A DNA stretch of 64,000 nucleotides from the NCBI GenBank assembly GCA_965215015.1, contig OZ244042.1, positions 1,824,001 to 1,888,000 on the forward strand, read 5' to 3'. Each line of letters starts with the position of its first letter. The first letter of the stretch is position 1. This document shows, piece by piece, positions 11,401 through 19,406 of the stretch. This DNA is from Candidatus Poribacteria bacterium (GTDB lineage Bacteria; Poribacteria; WGA-4E; PCPOR2b). The notes beneath the pieces were generated by a model. The model did not search any database, was not told where the DNA came from, and worked only from the letters and a program-made list of their open reading frames with translations. The translations under genes were made by a program, and so were the position numbers.

Positions 11401-11658
11401 ATAGAAGGGGCAATAAAGCGTAGTCTTTGTGGAATTTCCGCTGACCTGATGATAGATTTAAGACGCCACGCGCAGCGCAAGGAGACCTACTATCAAGCCA
11501 CTGGACGCGTTGTCTTTGACGAATTTTCTCCGCGTCACTCCAAGCCCATCATGGACGAAATTGACCGGGTACTTGCCCAGCACTACGGCTTCATCGACGA
11601 AGAATTAGACTTCATCATCAACTACGACATCAAATACCGGATGGGGTTGGGAAAATGA
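8416..11658 (+). CDS. Large N6-adenine DNA methyltransferase (Eco57I/type IIG-like MTase with C-terminal TRD)
   Basis: ILDPTCGSGAFL (motif I) and IIGNPPY (motif IV); ATG at 8416 overlaps the helicase end. Confidence 0.92.
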   Translation: MPINRDQTCQLLGDFEFETLLIEELGWDYHTQSLSITIDETEYLLTAIAEKRGMVVFQCAARTDGNIPDYATRRRIQREVAKSVHEHLIIYTNTERTTQIWQLAKREPGRPIACPEHRYDSEQSGESLIQKLKMIAVSFDEEEDITLLDVTGRVRAAFDVERVTRRFYDRFKTEHAQFLNFLEGLPDQEMERWYASVMLNRLMFIYFIQKKDFLNDDIEYLRTKLTESQVNGNDRYYTDFLCPLFFEGFAKPESERSREVHRLLGKVPYLNGGIFQRHQLEELYGERIQIADAAFEKLFNFFEGYQWHLDERPLRNDNEINPDVLGYIFEKYINQRQMGAYYTKEDITEYISKNTVIPFLFNAARKECKIAFEGEASVWGLLQDNPDRYIYDAVKTGVKGDLPPEIAAGIDDVSKRGLWNTLAPDEYALPTETWRETVARRSRYEAVHTQLSNSEIDEVNALITYNLDIRQFAQDVIENCEGPELLRAFWKAITQVTILDPTCGSGAFLFAALNILEPLYEACLDRMEIFLDDLQHSPRLRGGRDFRKILKSIDQHPNRRYFILKSIIVNNLYGVDIMEEAIEICKLRLFLKMVAQIEDVRRIEPLPDIDFNIQAGNTLVGYATYDEVEKAVTENRIDFDNTMESLQEKAEDVEHLFEQFRLQQTELGGAVTPDDKQALRDKLKVLEDELNRYLSGEYGVDANKKAAYQKWLSSHKPFHWFIEFYGILKAGGFDVIIGNPPYVEYSKVKKEYKIRGYETENCGNLHAFVFEKSLRLLQRSGWKSMIIPHSAYCTDRMSSLQDLFHRSRRVGWVQTYGIRPTKLFVGAELSLAIYIVQQGSQVSPALYTSRYNRWHEQFRPHLFDVIEHANITQISFQNSVPKIYSEIEQDIWKKIARFSVLGKHLYKRPDSCTIYFHNSGYWIRAMDFVPYFWNARGGERRSPQVKLLCFATELDAAVAMATLNSSLFYWWFVILSTCRTLSLREIRNFPIGVDKIEGAIKRSLCGISADLMIDLRRHAQRKETYYQATGRVVFDEFSPRHSKPIMDEIDRVLAQHYGFIDEELDFIINYDIKYRMGLGK

Positions 11659-11678
11659 CCCAACCAAAGTAGCCTAAA

Positions 11679-12107
11679 ATGAAGTTAATCACAGTTTTGA
11701 GCGTAATATCTCTACTCTTTGCTGTCCCCGCGTTCAGCACCCTGACCGCAGCAGACATTGAGAAGATTCGCTCAATTGTCAAAGAGGAAGGCACCGCCTC
11801 CGAAACGCGAATGAAAGAGTACATCTCACAAGAAATTGCGAAAGTCAACATCAAAATTGAAGAGATGGACAAACGCCTGACCGGCGAAATTGAAACGTTA
11901 GGCGAACGCCTGACCGGCAAAATTGAAGAGATGGACAAACGTCTGACCGGCAAAATTGAAACGTTAGGGGAACGATTAAACCACATTTTTATGCTGGTCA
12001 TGGCTTTGGTAGCTTTCATCGCCGTGGTCATCGGGATACCACAAATCATCGTCGCCATGCAGCGAAAAGATATACGTACACAAGACGAAAAAATCGAAGC
12101 CTTGTAG
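11679..12107 (+). CDS. Small coiled-coil membrane protein with signal peptide and internal repeat
   Basis: N-terminal signal; duplicated KIEEMDKRLTG(E/K)IETLGERL; C-terminal TM helix. Confidence 0.75.
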   Translation: MKLITVLSVISLLFAVPAFSTLTAADIEKIRSIVKEEGTASETRMKEYISQEIAKVNIKIEEMDKRLTGEIETLGERLTGKIEEMDKRLTGKIETLGERLNHIFMLVMALVAFIAVVIGIPQIIVAMQRKDIRTQDEKIEAL

Positions 12108-12116
12108 TAGGTATCA

Positions 12117-12345
12117 ATTTGATTCATATCCTCCTGTTAATCCTTAAATCCTGAAAATCCTGATTCAGACTCTCCCCTTCTCCCCGCTTGCGAGGGATTT
12201 GGTTCGTAGTAGCGCAATTCATTGCGCGTGGAATGTCCAAGTCATCGGTATACCACAGATTATCGTCGCCATGCAGCGAAAAGATATTTGATTCATATGC
12301 TCCTGTTAATCCTTAAATCCTGCAAATCCTGATTCAGACTTTCCC
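12117..12345. repeat. Two copies of the atttgattcatat...aatcctgattcagac repeat flanking a duplicated gene-end fragment
   Basis: Repeat at about 12117-12170 and 12286-12340; 12241-12287 duplicates the 3' part of ORF 11679-12107. Confidence 0.85.
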
Positions 12346-12366
12346 CGAGTGCCCTAATTTATAGTG

Positions 12367-12396
12367 TTGCCCTAATTTTCAGCTTTATGTTAGAAT
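12367..12396 (+). promoter_or_regulatory. Repeat-borne sigma70-type promoter
   Basis: TTGCCC-18 nt-TAGAAT with extended TG; near-identical copy at 14608-14637. Confidence 0.55.
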
Positions 12397-12457
12397 AATT
12401 AACGTCAATCAAAATCGTGCGAGCACTAAACGAGCCAAGTGAGTTTCTAAACATGCT

Positions 12458-13249
12458 ATGAAAACGACAGTACAATCAACCATAAAATATGAGAACCCGC
12501 CCATCAATGAGATTGTTTGCGACATACTTTTCGATTCAATTGAGGGGCTACGAGCGGGACATTTCGGCATATTATGGCAGAAGTTCAGACCTGATTTTCC
12601 AGCAATTGAAGACCACATCTTAGTAGCCCCAATTCCCGGAGACGATCTGGAAACTCCTAACAAATTCCCACTGCCACGAGTTTGGTTCGTACACAAAGAC
12701 GAAAATGAGGTTGTTCAAGTCCAACAGAATCGCTTCCTGTACAATTGGCGAAAACAGCGAGCAGCAGATCAATATCCAGGTTATGAAAAAGTCATCGAAA
12801 ATTTTGAAAAATATCTGTCTGGTTTCCAAGAATTTCTGGCAGCGGAAAACTTAGGAAATATTGCTGCAAGAAAATATCAATTGGTATACATCGATCTTAT
12901 CCCTAAAGGAGAAGGTTGGGGAAATCTCGACGATTTAAAAAAAGTCTTCCCAAACCTATTATCTCTAACCAAACAAACTATACCTTTCACCGATCTAAAA
13001 AGTATCAACTGGCAAACTATCTTCAGTCTACCAAACAACTTGGGGCAATTACAGATGTCGATTCGTGATGCTCGGCGAGTCTCTGATGACCATCCGCTTC
13101 TCCAAATTGAATTTAAAGCACTTAGTAACGAACCGTACGAACCTATGCGAGAGTGGTTTGATGCTGCTCATAGCACAATCATCAACCTTTTTTCTAATCT
13201 AATAAGCAACGAAATTCAAGACAAGTTTTGGAGAAGAAAACCGTGCTAA
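12458..13249 (+). CDS. TIGR04255-family sporadically distributed protein
   Basis: N-terminal YENPPINEIVC..F, PRVWF, VQVQQNRFLYNWR and YPGYE match my recollection of the family. Confidence 0.75.
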   Translation: MKTTVQSTIKYENPPINEIVCDILFDSIEGLRAGHFGILWQKFRPDFPAIEDHILVAPIPGDDLETPNKFPLPRVWFVHKDENEVVQVQQNRFLYNWRKQRAADQYPGYEKVIENFEKYLSGFQEFLAAENLGNIAARKYQLVYIDLIPKGEGWGNLDDLKKVFPNLLSLTKQTIPFTDLKSINWQTIFSLPNNLGQLQMSIRDARRVSDDHPLLQIEFKALSNEPYEPMREWFDAAHSTIINLFSNLISNEIQDKFWRRKPC

Positions 13250-13581
13250 GTCATTACACAGACACCACATCAACAATAGTTCAACACATACAGTTCCCCT
13301 TCAACGAAGTAGAAAAACAGGAGATTCCAAAGCCCCGCGTGCAAGACACAGGAGCATCGTTTGAATTACGCTTTGAAGAAGAAGTTGAATCTGGAATAAC
13401 TCAAGAATTTGCAGATACACAACGACAACCTCGTGCCTTTCCCTCCTACAGTGAAGAAGATATTCTGAATTGGGAAGTTGCCATAGAGGTCCCTCCTCTT
13501 CGTCCATCGGGTACAATACGAGTCAAGTTAAAATATAAGGGAAAAAGTAAACCCATTCCTATTGAAAATCCTTGGGAGTAA
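13243..13581 (+). CDS. Hypothetical protein coupled to the TIGR04255 gene
   Basis: GTG start overlaps the upstream stop; AT-rich. Confidence 0.55.
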   Translation: MLSHYTDTTSTIVQHIQFPFNEVEKQEIPKPRVQDTGASFELRFEEEVESGITQEFADTQRQPRAFPSYSEEDILNWEVAIEVPPLRPSGTIRVKLKYKGKSKPIPIENPWE

Positions 13582-13759
13582 CAAGTATTAGGGCGTACTG
13601 ACACGATCGGGAAAGGTACTTCCTATATTGACTTCTTTTCTTTTAACGTCCATTGCGGGCCAAATTGGCTGGAACCTTGCCTAGCCCTACAACATCCGCG
13701 GGGGATACAAACTCTCCCTTAGTGACCTATATTTAACCATAATTTATAGTGTTGCACTA

Positions 13760-14590
13760 AATGGGGTTGGGAAATGCCTGAAGCGGTTTAACGCATCACA
13801 CAAACGGGCGCGAAATGAGAGATGCTCATAAATCCGATATCTCAACCGTGATTCAAAGACCAATGATGTCCCCTCATCAGACATATCTCGTCGTTTAGGT
13901 ATCCATTTGATTCATATGCTCCTGTTAATCCTTAAATCCTGAACGGTTTAGACTTCACAATCAACTACGCTCTCACATACCAGATGGGATTGGGAAATAC
14001 CTGAATCGTTTGAACGCATCACGCAAACTGGCGCGCGATGAGAGATGCTGATAAATCGGCTATCTCAGTCGTGATTCAAACACCAATGATGCCCCCTCCT
14101 CAGATATATCTCGTCGTTTAGTTATCCATTTGATTCATATTATCCTGTTAATCCTTAACTCCTGAAAATCCTGATTCAGACTTTCCCCTAGCGCCCTATA
14201 TTCAAAGACCCATGATGTATCCTCCTCAGACACCTCTCGTCGTTTAGGTATCCATTTGATTCATATGCTCCTGTTAATCCTTAACTCCTGAAAATCCTGA
14301 TTCAGACTTTCCCCTAGCGCCCTATATTCAAAGACCCATGATGTATCCTCCTCAGACACCTCTCGTCGTTTAGGTATCCATTTGATTCATATGCTCCTGT
14401 TAATCCTTAACTCCTGAAAATCCTGATTCAGACTTTCCCCTAGTGCCCTATATTCAAAGACCCATGATGTATCCTCCTCAGACACCTCTCGTCGTTTAGG
14501 TATCTTAGGTATCCATTTGATTCATATGCTCCTGTTAATCCTTAACTCCTGAAAATCCTGATTCAGACTTTCCCCTAGTGCCCTATATTT
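13760..14590. repeat. Composite tandem array: two diverged long units plus 126-bp near-identical units
   Basis: ttcaaagacc starts at 14201, 14327 and 14453 (period 126); longer units start at about 13760 and 13984. Confidence 0.92.
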
Positions 14591-14607
14591 AACCCTAATT
14601 TATAGTG

Positions 14608-14637
14608 TTGCACTAATTCTTAACTTTATGTTAGAAT
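14608..14637 (+). promoter_or_regulatory. Repeat-borne sigma70-type promoter (second copy)
   Basis: TTGCAC-18 nt-TAGAAT with extended TG. Confidence 0.55.
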
Positions 14638-14789
14638 AACCTAAAATTTGGACAATTTCACAGGAGCTGGCGGGGCTTAATGAAAATGACTTATGTTGAG
14701 CACTGGCCGCGGCTTTAACTGATAATCCTAATTCTTAACAAGGAGATCCGAACAATGGCTGATGTAATGGCTATATCCCTTTTCAACGC

Positions 14790-14975
14790 GTGAAGGATTG
14801 GAAAGCTGGCGATAGGATCATCGTAGACGGTAATCCTGGGAAAATCCGTGATATCGCTCAATTTAGGAATCCTTCAGGCTCCGGAGAAACAATCGCCTCT
14901 ATCGGTGTGGAGTACGACAATGAGCCGGGTGTTATTAGGCTTGTTGACTTTGATATTCACCAACTTGAACGTTAA
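14790..14975 (+). CDS. Small hypothetical protein, possibly with a frameshifted 5' end
   Basis: Protein-like ORF (WKAGDRIIVDGNPGKI); the RBS aaggag plus ATG at 14755 is out of frame with it. Confidence 0.4.
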   Translation: MKDWKAGDRIIVDGNPGKIRDIAQFRNPSGSGETIASIGVEYDNEPGVIRLVDFDIHQLER

Positions 14976-15098
14976 CAATTATCCACCGGCAGATTTGGAA
15001 ACCCGCTCCCACAAAGATCTGGCACACCTTTAGCAGAAACTACTTGCGATAACATTGTTGGGAACACCCTCCTTCACAATAATGCTTAAGGAATTGAA

Positions 15099-15974
15099 GT
15101 GGAACAACAAAACCAAGCAATATTGAAGACAGAGCTATCTGAACAGATTACCGCTTGCGCTTTTTCTAAAGCGGATTTGCAAGCTCTTTGTGAAAGATTG
15201 CAGGAGTGGGGTGATAAAGCGTTAGAAGAGGAAATAAATTATTACAAGCCACTCAATCGGACACAGGAACAATTTCGCGCAGATACAGCGTCACTACGGG
15301 AGGAATTCAAGATAAAGGTCACTGTACAGGGAATAGATGATGAAAGGATTTATGGCACAATTCCAGCGGTGTTTAACTCTCCTCGTTTCCCAGACCAGGT
15401 TAAAAGTCTTTACATAAACACTCAACAGAAGTTAAAAAAATTATACAATTGGTATCCGAGGAACTCTTTTGCATTGTCTCTAGATTTCACCAAATCTGAG
15501 CTTTTCAATCTATTACTATCACCCTTGAGATCTACTCTGAGCAATATCCGTGTCTCCGGTCTAGATGCTGCTTGGGTTAATGGGGTGTATAGTGAAGTTA
15601 CGAATTTTATCAAGAGAAAAAAAACACACCGCCGATTTCTCTATAGGCATGGTATTTATGATTGGCTCATGCCGCTTGGAGGTTTCCCGTTCGCATTTTC
15701 GATAGCATACAAGTTATCCGGGTTGATAAACAACCTATTTGATGAACACTCAGGAGTTCTGAAAAGTGCGGCGTATGTATATGTGTTCTACTTTTCATTA
15801 TTTCTGTTTAGGCTGCTTTTTGATTATGCTAGATGGATTTTTCCGATTGTAGAGTATAAGGGATCTATTGGTACTGCCCGAAAGCATAGAGCTATCTTGG
15901 GGGTTCTAGTCCTCGGGGTTTTGGGAAATTTGCTCTATGATGTGTTTAAAATTGTGACGGGTCTAATATCATGA
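15099..15974 (+). CDS. Hypothetical membrane protein (soluble N-terminus plus three C-terminal TM helices)
   Basis: 291-aa ORF, RBS aagga, AT-rich, three hydrophobic segments. Confidence 0.75.
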   Translation: MEQQNQAILKTELSEQITACAFSKADLQALCERLQEWGDKALEEEINYYKPLNRTQEQFRADTASLREEFKIKVTVQGIDDERIYGTIPAVFNSPRFPDQVKSLYINTQQKLKKLYNWYPRNSFALSLDFTKSELFNLLLSPLRSTLSNIRVSGLDAAWVNGVYSEVTNFIKRKKTHRRFLYRHGIYDWLMPLGGFPFAFSIAYKLSGLINNLFDEHSGVLKSAAYVYVFYFSLFLFRLLFDYARWIFPIVEYKGSIGTARKHRAILGVLVLGVLGNLLYDVFKIVTGLIS

Positions 15975-16093
15975 GCCCTTAGACTTTTCCTAGAAATGTA
16001 TTGAGGATATTCCGCAGTGCGATTTGGGGTTCAGTTTTTGTTAGAAGAGCCCAAGTTGCCGCCTTAAAAACGAAATAGCTTCCCTTTTTTGTG

Positions 16094-16130
16094 AATAAAG
16101 CCCGTGCGTTTTATAGTACGGGCTTTATTT
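16094..16130. terminator. Intrinsic, probably bidirectional, terminator
   Basis: aataaagcccgt...acgggctttattt inverted repeat. Confidence 0.65.
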
Positions 16131-16621
16131 GCGAAAATCCGTATGGATACCAGAAGTGCCGCAGACAGATGCGAACAACGTCACACTATAGTAAATACCC
16201 CTAGCCTCCTATATAGCTCCAGGCTCAATGAGCCATCCCCTGTCTTGCAACACACCTGGTCCCTGTAGCGCAATTCAACCCGCGTCTTTAAGGGAGTCGG
16301 CATACGCCGTATGCCGACTCCTCCCTCTTCTCCCCGCTTGCGGGGGATTTGGTTCGTAGTAGCGCGTTCATTGCGCGTGGAATGGCCAACCCCCCTAACC
16401 CCCCGCAAGCAGGGGGAGGGTACACGGAACATGCCGACTACTTAACGCTGAATATTGCGCGCCCTTTTCTAGTGTTGGCGTCGAGGGTTCAACGCCGTAA
16501 GGCGACGGTAGTGGTTGAAACTATCAAGTGTGTTGCTCCTCTGCGGCGGGGACAAATCTTCGCAAAACAGAGATATTAAGCGAGCAAAAGCCTATTGGCA
16601 GGAATACAAGGAGATGCCAAG

Positions 16622-19405
16622 ATGAGACAAATGATAAAATACCGCGATTACCTAATAGAAAGACTTGCGGATCACGAGGAAGCGGCTGCCTATCTTCAGA
16701 CATCTCAAGAAAAATACCAGAAAGACGGTGACACTGACGCATTTTTGTTAGCACTCCAAAGCATCGCCAAGGCGCAGGCAGGGAACAATGAACTCGTTTC
16801 CGAAGTCTATTTATTGAGCGGCACAGTTCATCGCTCACGAGGGGAGTATGACTCGGCGATTGAAGATTATAACACAGTGATAAAATTGACTAACACAGTA
16901 ATAGAACTGAATCCCAATAATGTTGAAACCTATATCCGCCGTGGCATAGCTTACCACTACAAAGGCGAGTATGGCTCCGCCGTTGAAGACTTTAACAAAG
17001 CAATAGAACTAGAGCCAAACATACCTCAAATCTATTTAGCGCGAGGCATAGCTTACCACTACAAAGGCGAGTATGGCTCCGCTATTGAGGACACTACTAA
17101 AGCATTAGAACTGAATCCTGATAATGCCGAGGCTTATCAGTATCGTGGTCTGGCTTATCAGAGCAAAGGTGATTATGACCGTAGTGAAGGCAATTATGAC
17201 TGCGCTATCGCAGATTTCACCAAAGTAATAGACCTGAACCCCAACGATACTAATGCGTACTGCGGTCGTGGCCACGCTTACCAGAGCAAAGGTGATTATG
17301 ACTGCGCCATCGCAGACTTCACCAAAGCAATAGACCTGAACCCCAACGATGCTAGAGCCTATTGTGGTCGCGGTTACGCTCATCACAGCAAAGGCGACTA
17401 CGGCTGCGCCATTGAAGATTGCACCAAAGCAATAGACCTGAACCCCAAGGAGGCCAATGTCTATAACCATCGCGGCGTTATCTATTATTACAACGGTGAT
17501 TATGACCGTGCCATTGAAGACTATAATAGGGCGATACAACTGAATCCCAACTCTGCTCGAGCTTATAACAATCGTGGGACTGCCTATCGTGATAAAGGCG
17601 AAATTGACCGTGCCATCGTGGACTTTAACAGGGCGATACAATTCAACTCTGATTATGCCGAGGCCTATTATAATCGTGGTGTAGCTTATAGAATAAAAGG
17701 CTTGATTGGCCGTGCCATTGAAGACTATAATAGGGCGATACAACTGAATCCCAACTCTGCTCGAGCTTATAACGATCGTGGGGCTGCCTATCGTGATAAG
17801 GGCGAAATTGACCGTGCCATCGTGGACTTTAACAAGGCGATACAATTTAACTCTGATTATGCCGAGGCCTATTATAATCGTGGTGTAGCTTACAGGGTAA
17901 AAGGCTTGATTGGCCGTGCTATCGTGGATCTTAACAGGGCGATACAACTGAATCCCAATTATGCTGATGTTTATAATCACTGGACAGCGCAGTCACACCC
18001 GAAAGCACGTAAAGAAACCAGATTAGCTGTGAATCCGCTAGAAGTAGCCACTGAAATTGATACTTTCGCAGGCGTAATCCGTTACAAAAGGAGTACCTCA
18101 CGCATGTCGAAAGAAACGGTCGAAGGCATCACAAAGATAGCTGTGAGCGGATTCAAGTCGCTCGTGAACGAGTGTGCAATCGACATCTGTCCGCTGACGA
18201 TTCTTGCCGGCGCAAATAGTTCCGGGAAATCGGGCATCATGCAGCCGCTCTTGATGCTGAAGCAGACGCTGGAGGCACCGTATGATCCGGGACCCCTGTT
18301 GATTGAGGGGCCGAACGTTCAATTTACGTTGGTAGAGCAATTTTTGTCCAAGTTAATTGGTGAAGAAAGGGCAGATCGTTTTCAGGTTCAGGTTGAGACG
18401 TGTAGTTTTGGTTCTCCTTACTCAGTAAGGACAACTTTCAGAAAAATACCAACGGGTATTGAAATTGTCGAAATGACGAAGACAGAAATCAATTACCAAC
18501 TATTCCCCCCCCAGGCCGAGGATATGACCCTGTATCCTGGGATGCCATCTGAAGAAATCAAGTCATTGGCAGATCAACACTGGGGTCTCAAGGATTTTGA
18601 TACTGTTAAGTCTTCACGATGTTTTTTGCTCTGTGAATCTCAAGATGGTCGTACGTCCTCGAGTGTTACCTTTGAACTTGAGTCCGATATTTTCAACATC
18701 ATTCACCTCCCCGGATTACGAGGCAATCCAGAGCGTACCTACAAACTGACCAGTACCGGTCCATGGTATCCCGGCACCTTTGAACATTACGTTGCGAGTA
18801 TCATCCACGAGTGGCAGGAGACAAGGGATGAACGTCTAGAGACGTTAGCCAATGCCCTCTATACGCTTGGACTGACAGCACAGGTCGGCACTGAGAAAAT
18901 CGGGGATACCCGCATCGAACTTCAAGTCGGGCGCCTCCCTCTCCCCTCCGCTAGCGGGAGAGGCATGGACATGGTTAACATCACCGATGTGGGATTGGGG
19001 GTGTCCCAAGTCTTACCTGTCTTAGTCGCCCTGATTGTCGCGAAGCCGGGGCAGTTGGTCTACCTTGAACAGCCGGAGCTGCACCTCCACCCTCGCGCCC
19101 AAGTCGCGTTGGCGCAAGAGCTGGCAGCTGCGGCGAGACGTGGCGTCCGTGTCGTCGCGGAAACGCACAGTTCGCTGCTGCTCCTAGCGGTCCAAACGCT
19201 TGTCGCCGAAGGAGAACTCTCACCGGAGTTGGTGAAGCTGCATTGGTTCACACGCCGTGAAGATGGTGCCACCAAAATCGACACCGCTGATTTGGATGAG
19301 GCGGGTGCTTACGGAGATTGGCCCGAAGACTTTGATGATGTCGATTTGAAGGCGCAGAGCCGCTACATAAAGGCAGCCCAATTGCGTTTAGCTGAAAGAG
19401 CATAA
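16622..19405 (+). CDS. Fusion protein: antitoxin-like N-terminus + TPR array + ABC-type ATPase (AAA_15/DUF3696-like)
   Basis: Y..YLIERL.D.EEAAAYL...FLLALQ N-terminus; about 11 TPRs; GANSSGKS, GLGVSQVLP, LEQPELHLHP and ETHS motifs. Confidence 0.85.
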   Translation: MRQMIKYRDYLIERLADHEEAAAYLQTSQEKYQKDGDTDAFLLALQSIAKAQAGNNELVSEVYLLSGTVHRSRGEYDSAIEDYNTVIKLTNTVIELNPNNVETYIRRGIAYHYKGEYGSAVEDFNKAIELEPNIPQIYLARGIAYHYKGEYGSAIEDTTKALELNPDNAEAYQYRGLAYQSKGDYDRSEGNYDCAIADFTKVIDLNPNDTNAYCGRGHAYQSKGDYDCAIADFTKAIDLNPNDARAYCGRGYAHHSKGDYGCAIEDCTKAIDLNPKEANVYNHRGVIYYYNGDYDRAIEDYNRAIQLNPNSARAYNNRGTAYRDKGEIDRAIVDFNRAIQFNSDYAEAYYNRGVAYRIKGLIGRAIEDYNRAIQLNPNSARAYNDRGAAYRDKGEIDRAIVDFNKAIQFNSDYAEAYYNRGVAYRVKGLIGRAIVDLNRAIQLNPNYADVYNHWTAQSHPKARKETRLAVNPLEVATEIDTFAGVIRYKRSTSRMSKETVEGITKIAVSGFKSLVNECAIDICPLTILAGANSSGKSGIMQPLLMLKQTLEAPYDPGPLLIEGPNVQFTLVEQFLSKLIGEERADRFQVQVETCSFGSPYSVRTTFRKIPTGIEIVEMTKTEINYQLFPPQAEDMTLYPGMPSEEIKSLADQHWGLKDFDTVKSSRCFLLCESQDGRTSSSVTFELESDIFNIIHLPGLRGNPERTYKLTSTGPWYPGTFEHYVASIIHEWQETRDERLETLANALYTLGLTAQVGTEKIGDTRIELQVGRLPLPSASGRGMDMVNITDVGLGVSQVLPVLVALIVAKPGQLVYLEQPELHLHPRAQVALAQELAAAARRGVRVVAETHSSLLLLAVQTLVAEGELSPELVKLHWFTRREDGATKIDTADLDEAGAYGDWPEDFDDVDLKAQSRYIKAAQLRLAERA

Positions 19406-19406
19406 T

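Noticed and set aside
11630-12127. 165-aa minus-strand ORF with repeats
   Set aside because: Antisense shadow of the coiled-coil gene 11679-12107
13760-14590. CRISPR array
   Set aside because: Units are at least 126 bp and repeat in full, with no unique spacers and no cas genes in the window
14755-14795. Selenocysteine readthrough at TGA 14760 or 14791
   Set aside because: No in-frame start precedes TGA 14760, and the other frame stops again shortly after 14791; a frameshift or GTG start is simpler
16800-17980. Diversity-generating retroelement acting on the TPRs
   Set aside because: Differences are not restricted to adenines, and there is no reverse transcriptase or template repeat in the window
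17105-17980. 291-aa minus-strand Ile/Val-rich ORF
   Set aside because: Antisense shadow of the TPR repeats
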